The notes: a model not told the origin generated them from the letters alone. A DNA stretch of 9,981 bases from Octopus sinensis (GCF_006345805.1 NW_021827737.1:1-9981); one strand, 5' to 3'. Shown: positions 1 to 8,930, numbered from the stretch's first letter. Made by a program: numbers and translations.

Positions 1-613
1 TTTGTCATTATTCGGATGAATTAATTAACCACTACAGGATAAGATAAGTGTAAATATTAACGTGAATAAAAGCCATCTAGCGATGGACAGGTAAGCATCA
101 GAAGGGGTTTACCAGGTAATACAATGACATTCATTGTAATAGTTTCTTTGTTCTGTTTCATCAATAACATATATATATTAATACTCAATACATTGTTTTC
201 TACATCAAAGTAATCAACTTGAGATCAATTAACAAACACGTTTTTATTGTTTCACATGATACATTTATCCTGTACAATAATATCATTGAATTTTAAACTG
301 ATTATTTTTTATCTTTAAATATTTCATTTTACAAAATTAGCCATAAAAATATGGCTAATATATTCTCCTCGCGATGTGGTGAGGTCGACGTAGTACATGA
401 GTAGAATTCGTGGTTATTCGAGCTGCTAGTCAGGTCTTACAGCGTTGGAAAAGGATAAGGGCTTTCTCGATACTTTATCCTGAAAAGAAAAGACGAAGTG
501 GATACAGCTTAAACACATTTGATCATAGGTTTTCCTTAATCAGGAGCAACATAAGGCGGGAAAGCAAGATCAATCTGGCATGATATAGATAAACAGGTAA
601 TCCGATAAATAGA

Positions 614-636
614 AGAGAGAGAGAGACAGAGAGAGA
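614..636. repeat. (GA)n microsatellite
   Basis: agagagagagagacagagagaga read directly. Confidence 0.9.
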
Positions 637-1303
637 AAGTATATCGATAGCTGGGATTGTGGAGGAGAAGAGCGGGAAAAATATTCGCTTTGGGAGTTGG
701 AGAATGAGACTCATTAGGTAGAAACGAAGAGAAGAAATGTAGGTATATAGGGTACATCAAAATCCAGGAGTATTTAGTTGTCAGAGGAAAGGATCGTGTT
801 GTACTAGCAGCAGAAGTGGCGGAGAGGAAGTCAACAAACCAAGTGGGGATGTCCTTTAATGTCATTGATTTACAAGTGTTTCATCGAAAATCGATCTCAT
901 GATGATTGCTATATTATGCAACAATATATGCAATCATTCTTACGTGAGATATCATAGACAGAAAATCGAAGATCGATTCTTCAGAATCATGCATAAAAGT
1001 TATTTGCTGTAGGCATTTCAATTAACGATAATGTATATCCATATGAAGTTGGGCGTCGTTAAATGGTTACATTTACAAGTTACAAACCAAATAAAACAGA
1101 CCCTGGTTTAAGATGGCCGATCAAGAGGAATGATGAATCGGAAACGAAACGAAATGATAAAAGCTCAAAAACGATTTTTTTTTCTTTTTAGAAAACGTGT
1201 ATAATAAATTATAGCCATGTTGGCAGTTTTTGTCTTAAAAGTACTTTGTAGTCCTTTTGTCTGCCAATTTATAGCAGCCAGCCCTAAATTGGCACCATAG
1301 GGG

Positions 1304-1500
1304 TTACTCTTTCACATGTTTCTGTCATTTGACAGTGGCCATGCTGGAGCACCACATTTCGTCGAGAAAATCGACCCCAGGACTTATTCTTTGCAAGCCT
1401 AGTACTTATTCTATCGGTTTCTTTTTGCCGTAAGCACACAAGCATCGGTTGTCAAGCGATGTTGGGGGGGACAAACACAGACAAACAACACACAAATATA
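1304..1500 (-). mobile_element. Probable 3' half (tail) of an octopus tRNA-derived SINE
   Basis: The string ttactct...gtcatttgacagtggccatgctggagcacc...atcgaccccaggacttattctttg..agcctagtacttattctatcgg...gcatcggttgtcaagcgatgttggggggacaaacacagac matches my recollection of a very abundant Octopus SINE. In that consensus this block is joined through a short CA/TA microsatellite to the head seen at 4458-4616. Recognition is from memory, not a database hit. Confidence 0.7.
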
Positions 1501-1520
1501 ATATTATACAAACACTATAC

Positions 1521-1546
<26 letters not shown>
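1521..1546. repeat. (TA)n microsatellite
   Basis: Direct read. Confidence 0.95.
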
Positions 1547-1554
<8 letters not shown>

Positions 1555-1748
1555 TGAGGTAATCAGATCAGATGGTTCATATTTGTAGATATTTTATTTT
1601 ATATTACATTTTTTACATATATATCATATCATTCGGATTAGCGCTTGCTCCCATTCTAGTGGTTTTCAAATCAAATCAGTTGTGGGTAGTTTGAACCTTT
1701 TTAGTTTCGTAGTAGTGGGTGAGGAGGAAGTGAGACCGAGATAAAATA

Positions 1749-1752
1749 TGTG

Positions 1753-1786
<34 letters not shown>

Positions 1787-1801
1787 GTGTGTGTGTGTGT
1801 G
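1749..1801. repeat. (GT)n microsatellite
   Basis: Direct read. Confidence 0.95.
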
Positions 1802-1967
1802 CGCATTTATATCTGAGAGTGAAGAAGTGTATTTCTGTTGGTCTGCTGGACCCCCTGTGGTTTTTAAGAACTTTGGCCGTCCATTTCAATGTCACTGAGT
1901 GTGTGTTGCATAGGTTGGCCTGGCAAATGTCATTTGGGTCACACTTTCTATGATCATTCTGTGGAGG

Positions 1968-2262
1968 TGTGTGTGGTGTGTGTGTGTCTCTGTGTATCTG
2001 TGTGTGTTTTTGTGTGTGTGTGTGTGGTGTTGTGTGTGTATGTGTGGTTGTGTGTGTTGTGTGTCTGTGTGTTTGGAGAAGGGGAGAGAGACAAAAAGAG
2101 AAAAGGAAAATAAAAATAATAATAATAAAAATAAAAAATTAAAAAATAAAAAAATAAAATAAAATAAAATAAAAACAAAAAATAAAAAAATAAAAAAAAA
2201 TATAAAGAATAAATAAAAATATAAAGAATAAAAATAAAAAAATAAAATAAAAATAAAAATAA
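1968..2262. repeat. Degenerate (GT)n tract (~1968-2070) followed by an A-rich (AAAAT)n-like low-complexity tract (~2091-2262)
   Basis: Direct read. It explains the spurious Cys/Val- and Phe-rich ORFs in the track. Confidence 0.9.
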
Positions 2263-2558
2263 GGGAGGAAGTGGAGAAGAAAAATATTTGTGTGTGTTGA
2301 TATTTATACCAACACATATATATACACACACAAGACTCATACTAAAATATTTGAAAAACTTTTTATCGGTTCAAAATGAACACCCAAATTATACATCTTG
2401 AAGTTGTATGTCATAGGAAAGTTAAAACTAAAGTGACAATTAGAGGGTAAAGATGGAAGTGAATTATAAAGATAATAATATAATATGATGTATATAACAG
2501 GCAATACACACATCTACACACACACAGACTTTTCCTTCAATGTATGTGAGTAAAGTTT

Positions 2559-4162
2559 TCAGCCATTTAATTTGGGGGGAGACTTAGCTATGAAATGTTT
2601 TTCCATATTCCTCCTGAAGGGGTTGTCATTCTTCGGACACTTGTAGAAGGAAATATCTTAAATTTTCCTCTCCACATGTAGCTAGGTGTGTGCTTAGTGG
2701 TATTTTGCGTAGTTCTTCCTGCCGAATATGTTGTCGGTGGATCCTGGCTCGCTGGCACAAAGAATTACCAGTTTCTCCTACGTAATTCTCCTTGCATGTG
2801 GGGCAGGTTATGCAGTATTGACGTTCTGCGTCTTGCAGTTCATATCTGCATTTACTTTGAATATGACACCATTTTTAAATCTTATCTCTCTGTTGCTCTC
2901 TATGTATTTGTAGGTGGGGTTGCTGCAGGTCCCACATCTACCATCTCCGCACTCTTTTGCAAAGAATTCCGTTTTAGTTTCTGAAGAGAATTTCGCTCTT
3001 GTTAGGTGTTTTTTTTAGGTTTTTGTCCTGTCGTCTACTGTTTTTTATGCTATATTTGTTTAATATGTTTTTCATTTTGGGGCTCTGTAAGGCTATTGGT
3101 AGGTTTGAATGTATGGTTTGGAAGATTTTGGTAACTCCAGGTTGTGTGTGTTTATAAAAGGGATAGTGTTTTCTTTGTTTTTTGTTTTGGGTGTCCTGAG
3201 TTGTGTGATGTCTAGTTTTAATGCTCTTGTGATTCCATTTTCTATTAGTTTAAGGGGGTATTTTTGCTCTAGGAGGAAGCTTTTGAGTTCATCTAGTCCT
3301 TATTAATCGTATTTGTGAATCAGTTACTATGCTACATATTCGTCGTGCCATACTATATGGATGTTTCTTTTTGTGTGGGATGGGTGGCAGGAGTGGAAAT
3401 TTAAGTATTGATGTGTGTCAGTTTTTTTGTGTGGATGTCTGTTGTGACGATGGAGTTGTGTATTTTGATGTTGATGTCTAGGAAGGGAAGTTCGTTTGTG
3501 GCTGGTATCTATTGTGAAATTGATAGATGGGTGCAGCGTATTGAGGATGTTGTGGAATGTTTGTAGGTCCTCTTCTGATCTTTTCCAAAAGATGAAACAG
3601 TTCGAGGTAGCGTTTTCACTTTTTCTTGATGTCTTCTCTGAAGTCGTGTTCGAAGACTTTCCCTATTTCGTCATATAGTTTTTTCTCCAGGAAGCCCATC
3701 ACTAGGTTGGCATATGAAGGTGCGAATTTGTACCCATAGCCGGGCCTTTTATCTGTCGGTATGTCTTGTTGTTGAATGAGAATGTTTTCTTCTAGTATTA
3801 GTTGGGTGGCTTGGTGATAAAGTTTGTCTTGAAGCGTTCATCTATAAGTTCTCTGTATTTTCTATTGATTGTTTTATAGCTTCTAGACCTAGGGTGTGTG
3901 GTATGTTTGTGTATAGATTTGTGACATCAAAGCTTGCAAGTATGGTGTTTTTCGGGACTGTATTTGGAATGTGTGTGAGGAAGTCTATGTCATCCCTTAT
4001 GTAGCTTGGAATCTGTGGGCATAGAGGTTTGAGGAGTATATCTATGAAGTGGCTTAGTTGTTGTGTTGGTGCCTGGGGTCCTGCCACTATTGGTCTCATC
4101 GTGAGGTCTGCAGGTCTTTGTACTCTTATGTAGTGGTTCCTCTGTTCCTTTATGGCTCTCTG
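2559..4162 (-). mobile_element. 5'-truncated, frameshifted Penelope-like retroelement (RT + Cys linker + GIY-YIG endonuclease), Neptune-like
   Basis: Manual minus-strand translation across frameshifts gives DLTMRPIVAGPQAPTQQLSHFIDILLKPL..IPSYIRDDIDFL, SFDVTNLYTNIP (RT motif A, ~3901-3935), YRQIKGPAMGT.FAPSYANLVMGFLE (motif B), K*KRYL[DD]CFIFW (motif C, damaged, ~3585-3620) and TDTHQYLNFHSCHPSHTKRNIPYSMARRICSIV (thumb). These are followed by CGDGRCGTC (~2924-2951), YCITCPTCKENYVGETGNSLCQRARIHRQHIR (GIY-YIG, ~2725-2818) and a stop at 2559-2561. A Cys-rich linker between RT and a C-terminal endonuclease is typical of the Neptune group. Confidence 0.95.
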
Positions 4163-4235
4163 TATATATATATATACACACACACACACACATATATATA
4201 TCTATATATCTATCTATCTATATATATATATATAT
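4163..4235. repeat. Compound (TA)n/(CA)n/(TCTA)n microsatellite at the 5' truncation point of the PLE
   Basis: Direct read. The RT-like frame starts immediately where the repeat ends (minus strand). Confidence 0.9.
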
Positions 4236-4431
4236 TACGGAGATGTACTCGCATAGCAAGTAATTGATCTGAGATCGTGTGCTGAAACGAAACAATTGCA
4301 GCGTGGAAGGTGGTGTTTATAAGCCATTTAAGAACACACAAAAGCCGTTCGATTCACTTCAACTTTAGTTTAATTTGTCAAAATATTTTCGTCGCTAAAA
4401 TCCGCGACCTGTTCACTGACAAAAATCCGTG
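4236..4431 (-). mobile_element. ~195-nt microsatellite-bounded module carrying a hammerhead; probable PLE pseudo-LTR/UTR fragment
   Basis: Non-microsatellite block between two TA tracts, containing a hammerhead fold in the same orientation as, and upstream of, the PLE ORF. Confidence 0.55.
4374..4423 (-). ncRNA. Minimal type I hammerhead ribozyme, G3-C8 core variant
   Basis: Minus strand: UUUGUCA (stem I, 7 bp with UGACAAA), GUGAACA, extra G, GUCGC/ggauuuua/GCGAC (stem II), GAAA, loop AUAU, U16.1, U17. Predicted cleavage between 4381 and 4380. Confidence 0.7.
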
Positions 4432-4457
4432 TTTATATATATATATATATATATACA

Positions 4458-4616
4458 CGACAGGCTTCTTTCAGTTTCCGTCTACCAAATCCACTCACAA
4501 GGCTTTGGTTGGCTCGATGCTATAGTAGAAGACACTTGCCCAAGATGCCACACAGTGGGACTGAACCCGGAACCATGTGGTTCATAAACAAGCTACTTAC
4601 CACACAACCACTCCTG
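4458..4616 (-). mobile_element. 5' half (tRNA-derived head) of an octopus SINE
   Basis: Minus strand shows a Pol III A-box-like TGGTTGTGTGG (4610-4600) and B-box-like GGTTCAGTCCC (4567-4557). These are followed by CTTGGGCAAGTGTCTTCTAC, which resembles the CORE-SINE domain. Family recognised from memory. Confidence 0.8.
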
Positions 4617-5004
4617 ATGATAGTCACCACAGAATCCAGACCCACACACGGGCCCACACGCACAGACCCAGGCAGACAAAGAAGAAGGATACTTCATTGA
4701 TACTTTTAAAAAAATCAATTGAAAATTAAGCCTTAACAGACACAGATCTAAACGAGTTGACGCTATTCGTGCTTATATGGAAAAACAAAATGTTATACGC
4801 ATTTGTGTGTTTGTTGTTGGTTTGTGTGTGTGCATTTACAATTCTCCCTCACTTTACACGACACCCGGTTTCCATGTTATCACTTTAGCACCATTTTGGT
4901 CTTGGTTGGATCTTTTGGGTTTATGTTTTGAGACTTCACTAATAAAGGAAGGCAACATCGTCGCTTCCGTTTCGGTCTTCCATTTTCTTACTTCTTCGAT
5001 ATTG

Positions 5005-5501
5005 AATTAGTCCACACTTTAAATTAATACTTAATTTAGAGCTATTTTTAAAAGAAATTATTAAATATTTTGTTGCATATATTCGAGATTGAATAATAGA
5101 ATTTCAAATTTCAAGAAAGGTGATTTATCTGCTAATAAAAATTAATGATCTTAAGATTTTGGTGGTGGTCTTCGACTGACGATAATTTGTGATTCTTTAA
5201 TTATTCTTCTGAGATTTGATGAATTTTTTAAGATTGGGAGGTAACGTTTGGCCGGATGTAAAATGTTATGGATTTTAGGATTATAGGTGACTACAGATGA
5301 AAAATTTGTCTTTGTCCTCGTGGTAAGGGTTTCTCTTAAGAGATCTCTTGTTTTAGTTATTGCTTGATTTAGTAAGCTCTTTAAGTATTTTTGTTTCTAA
5401 TTGAATATTTTTAGTTTTATGAGTCATCTTTCTTGTCAGTTTCTGTCCGTAAATATTGAACATCTACGTCTTGCCATATCAAACAGGACGTTCCTTTTAA
5501 T
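5005..5501 (-). mobile_element. Second, more decayed Penelope-like relic (thumb/linker region)
   Basis: One frame 5501->~5155 reads IKRNVLFDMARRRCSIFTDRN*QER*LIKLKIFN*KQKYLKSLLNQAITK...VVTYNPKIHNIL..AKRYLPILKNSSNLRRIIKESQIIVSRRPP. It aligns by eye with KRNIPYSMARRICSIVTD..QKYP..NTHNP..SRRQ of the first element. The extension to ~5005 is weaker. Confidence 0.8.
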
Positions 5502-5990
5502 AAGGGATAGGAAGTAAGATCTAGAGAAGTAATAATGCAGGAAAAATGCAAGGTGTAAACACATTTGTGGATTTGTTAAAGGTATTTGACAGGGTAAGTA
5601 CTGCTCTCAGACAGTTTGGATGTCCGCCCTCATCCGTAATTATATTCCGCCAATTCTTGAAAAAAGATTGTAGCTTACAGTTCGTGAATGCTTTTGTGTA
5701 AAATTGTTAGGCAAGCTACATTCCAGGGCCTGTACTTCGCTTTTCTGTGGCCACAGTTTTACGCAGAAGTATCCTTCAGCTATAGTACTCGACAATTGTG
5801 GTATGTTTGCTAACACTACGTTTTATTAACTCAGTAGCAGTTACAATTTAGAAAAATAAGCTTGATGTCTAATGACGCACTTCCCCGCTCTTCTTCTTCC
5901 TTAATTTCTCAGAGCAGCAACTAGTCACGAACTCAAAATTTACAACGTCTGCACTCAGGACGAAGGGTTTCTATACTGCTCACACTGTTT

Positions 5991-6059
5991 ACATATACAT
6001 ACATGCATACATGCATACATACATACATACATACATACATACATACATACATACATACA

Positions 6060-6092
<33 letters not shown>
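5991..6092. repeat. (TACA)n microsatellite
   Basis: Direct read. Confidence 0.97.
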
Positions 6093-6093
<1 letters not shown>

Positions 6094-6158
6094 AGTAGTT
6101 GAATGAATTATCCTAGTATGGATAATTCGGTTAACTGATACCTGGGTAGCAAATTCAC

Positions 6159-6272
6159 GACATAAGTTCCTTGTCTCTCCTGATGAGAAGGCAGCATAAT
6201 GCACCCCTTATTCCTTCGAAATTAGGAATATACAGTCTTCGAAACATATGTCGAGAATAAAGGAATTTTGTT
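6159..6272 (+). ncRNA. Type I hammerhead ribozyme with canonical core and extended, branched stem II
   Basis: CUGAUGA 6180-6186; stem II GAAGGC(6187-92)/GUCUUC(6235-40); GAAA 6241-44; stem III AC-AUAU-GU (palindrome ACATATGT); GUC cleavage site after 6252. Stem I is UCUC/GAGA plus AAGUUCCU(6164-71)/AGGAAUUU(6261-68). Confidence 0.88.
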
Positions 6273-6317
6273 AAATCGTCGTTCAACTCCATTCTTTCAT
6301 TTATTTGTATTAAAAAA

Positions 6318-6340
6318 TACATGCATACATACATACATAC

Positions 6341-6395
<55 letters not shown>
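6318..6395. repeat. (TACA)n followed by (TA)n microsatellite
   Basis: Direct read. Confidence 0.95.
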
Positions 6396-6399
<4 letters not shown>

Positions 6400-6444
6400 A
6401 TTCAAAGCAATGATTAGTAACTTACAAAAACCGGTGGCTTGAAT
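6400..6444 (+). ncRNA. Damaged mirror copy of the A3-U8 hammerhead
   Basis: Same stem I, core AUGAUUA and stem II as 8083-8127, but GAAA reads AAAAA and the UA cleavage site reads UG. Confidence 0.5.
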
Positions 6445-6643
6445 CTCTTTAATAATTTCACATAATGACTTTTATTACTTTTATTCCTACTTCAGTTCAT
6501 CTAATTGTAAATATCTTTCGTTACTTTGCATAAAAAGCCTTTACTTTTTTTGATTTACAATGTGCATTTACGTCTATTTTTCTTACTTTCCCCCCTTACA
6601 TTACCACGTGTAGTTCGATTTTACTTTTGTAACATATTTCTAT

Positions 6644-6674
<31 letters not shown>

Positions 6675-6750
6675 AATATTAGGGAATAAATCCAAACTTA
6701 CAGGGAAAAATCAGATTTAGGATTGAATCCAATTTATAGTAAAATATTAT

Positions 6751-6884
6751 ATTATATAAATTAGAGACAAAACCACTATTATGCAAATCAAACAAAGAAA
6801 GACTTCATCAATACATAATTTAATTTATTGTTGGATTAAGTCTTTCTTTGTTTGATTTGCATAATAGTGGTTTTGTCTCTAATT

Positions 6885-6892
<8 letters not shown>
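6751..6892. repeat. Nested hairpin, perfect 55-bp arms (6751-6805 / 6838-6892)
   Basis: attatataaattagagacaaaaccactattatgcaaatcaaacaaagaaagactt and its exact reverse complement. Confidence 0.95.
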
Positions 6893-6959
<67 letters not shown>

Positions 6960-7177
6960 GTCTATATATTTGTTGTGCAAGATTTTTTATTTGAAGTCGT
7001 TTGTTGAAACAGATATTGTTATATTTCGGAATGGTCATTTTGCCAGTTTAGCTAATAAAAACACACGCACTATATATTTGGTCTTACTTTGCTTCAGTGT
7101 TAAGAATTGAGTGTCAAAGGGGTGGGTGTACATGTTAATGGCCTTTCTAGGGTTATCTTCATTATCGTTACTACTAT

Positions 7178-7338
7178 CGTGGTAAGTAGTAGTGGTGGTG
7201 GTAACAGTAGAAGTAGTAATGATGGTAGTAGTGATAGTTGTGGTGGTAGTTGTAATAATAGTAGTAGTGGTAATAATGATAGTGGTAATGGTGGCAATAA
7301 TAATAGGGAGGCTGATGATGGGAACAGTAACGACAGAA
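7178..7338. repeat. Decayed trinucleotide (GTA/GTG/ATA)n tract forming the palindrome spacer
   Basis: Direct read. Confidence 0.8.
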
Positions 7339-7555
7339 ATAGTAGTAACGATAATGAAGATAACCCTAGAAAGGCCATTAACATGTATACCCACCCCTTT
7401 GACACTCAATTCTTAACACTGAAGCAAAGTAACACCAAATATATAGTGCGTGTGTTTTTATTAGCTAAACTGGCAAAATGACCATTCCGAAATATAACAT
7501 ATCTGTTTCAACAAACGACTTCAAATAAAAAATCTTGCACAACAAATATATAGAC

Positions 7556-7597
<42 letters not shown>

Positions 7598-7605
<8 letters not shown>

Positions 7606-7741
7606 AATTAGAGACAAAACCACTATTATGCAAATCAAACAAAGAAAGGCTTAATCCAATACATAATTTAATTTATGTATTGGATGAAGTCTTTCTTTGT
7701 TTGATTTGCATAATAGTGGTTTTGTCTCTAATTTATATAAT
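7598..7741. repeat. Nested hairpin, ~69-bp near-perfect stem with 6-nt loop TTTAAT
   Basis: Second copy of the 6751-6892 hairpin, with one A/G mismatch and one G-T pair. Confidence 0.95.
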
Positions 7742-7834
7742 TAATATTTTTACTATAATTGGATTCATCCTAAATCTGATTTTTCCCTGTAAGTTTGGAT
7801 TATTCCCTAATATTTTTATATATATATATATATT

Positions 7835-7896
<62 letters not shown>

Positions 7897-8082
7897 TGTT
7901 ACAAAAGTAAAATCGAAACTACACGTGGTAATGTAAGGGGAAAGTAAGAAAATAGACGTAAATGCACATTGTAAATCAAAAAGTAAAGGCTTTTTATGCA
8001 AAGTAACGAAAGATATTTACAATTAGATGAACTGAAGTAGGAATAAAAGTAATAAAGTCATTATTGTGAAATTATTAAAGAG

Positions 8083-8127
8083 ATTCAAGCATACCGGTTT
8101 CGTAAGTTACTAATCATTGCTTTGAAT
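8083..8127 (-). ncRNA. Minimal type I hammerhead ribozyme, A3-U8 core variant
   Basis: Minus strand: AUUCAA-a-GCA (stem I, 9 bp with UGCUUGAAU, one bulge), AUGAUUA, GUA/acu/UAC, GAAA, loop CCGG, U16.1, A17 (palindrome ACCGGT). Predicted cleavage between 8092 and 8091. Confidence 0.68.
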
Positions 8128-8132
8128 ACAAA

Positions 8133-8141
8133 TATATATAT

Positions 8142-8180
<39 letters not shown>
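8133..8180. repeat. (TA)n microsatellite
   Basis: Direct read. Other (TA)n tracts lie at about 6645-6669, 6893-6958, 7557-7598 and 7817-7890. Confidence 0.95.
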
Positions 8181-8777
8181 CTTTTTGAAGACTCAGAAAG
8201 AAAGTCTTTCTAAACAACCATCTCACGTTCTTGTCTATCGGGCAGTCTGCATTTTCAATCTGCCGTATGGCTGCGTGTTGTGGAATGTATAGTCATCCTA
8301 GGATCAACAATGAAGGAGGGGTGGTCACTTGATGGAAAACCATAAGTAAGAGTATGAGTAAAATAGCAACAAAATCGACAACAGAGATTAGGAAGCAGTG
8401 TAAGAGAACACTCTTACTGATGCAGATTACATCCATACGTACACATGAATTAGGTGCGTGTTACTTACATGCATTTGAGCATTTCGAATAAAGCCTTTTG
8501 TCAATGAAAATTTACAGTCTGTTAATTTGCTTTGTGCTAAATTGTTGCCAGATCCATATCATTTTTCATAGTTCTGGACAGAAAGCCCATACTTCGCAAG
8601 CTTACTCACTTCAGTTCAATCCACCCATCCCACTAATTCGCATGCAATTAAAAGGAATCAATATAAAACTAGTCAATAAACACGAATATTCCACTATAGA
8701 CACAAACACACACATTCTTTTAATACTTTCTGTTATTGAATTGTAGATGTAGAAATTTAAACGATTATATCGACCAC

Positions 8778-8899
8778 TGTGTGTGTATGTGTTTGTTTGC
8801 GTGTGCATGTTTATGCGTGTGTGTGTGTGGTGTGTGTGTGTGTAAGTGTACGCATGTGAGTCAGCTAGTGTGTTTGTGTTTGTTTGCGTGTGCATGTTT

Positions 8900-8930
<31 letters not shown>

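Larger units (their letters stand above)
6395..8133. repeat. Long inverted duplication: arms ~6395-7177 and ~7339-8133, spacer 7178-7338, flanked by (TA)n
   Basis: The arms read as reverse complements throughout, e.g. 6958-7177 vs 7339-7560 and 6396-6640 vs 7890-8132. Differences are a few substitutions and homopolymer indels. Confidence 0.95.

Noticed and set aside
336-359. 10-bp hairpin ATTAGCCATA/TATGGCTAAT (also an imperfect hairpin at 902-937)
   Set aside because: Isolated AT-rich hairpins with no supporting context.
360-870. GC-richer stretch with ORFs 523-714 and 536-865 and a faint HIARRI resemblance to the PLE thumb
   Set aside because: No further motifs align. It may be an old repeat, but I cannot assign it without a search.
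1701-2340. Cys/Val-, His/Thr- and Phe-rich ORFs (also at 8611-9121 and 9553-9756)
   Set aside because: They are translations of (GT)n, (CA)n and A-rich tracts.
4269-4300. CTGAGAT...GAAAC-AATT-GC on the plus strand
   Set aside because: The core is one base short, U16.1 is absent and no stems form.
4613-4640. CTGATGA at the SINE boundary
   Set aside because: No stem II or GAAA follows; it is a chance junction sequence.
5520-5870. ~60-codon open frame on the minus strand upstream of the second PLE relic
   Set aside because: No RT motifs or other recognisable similarity.
7035-7481. Two opposite-strand ORFs (124 aa each) with near-identical N- and C-termini
   Set aside because: This is a direct consequence of the inverted repeat plus a triplet-repeat spacer. 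There are no protein-family features.
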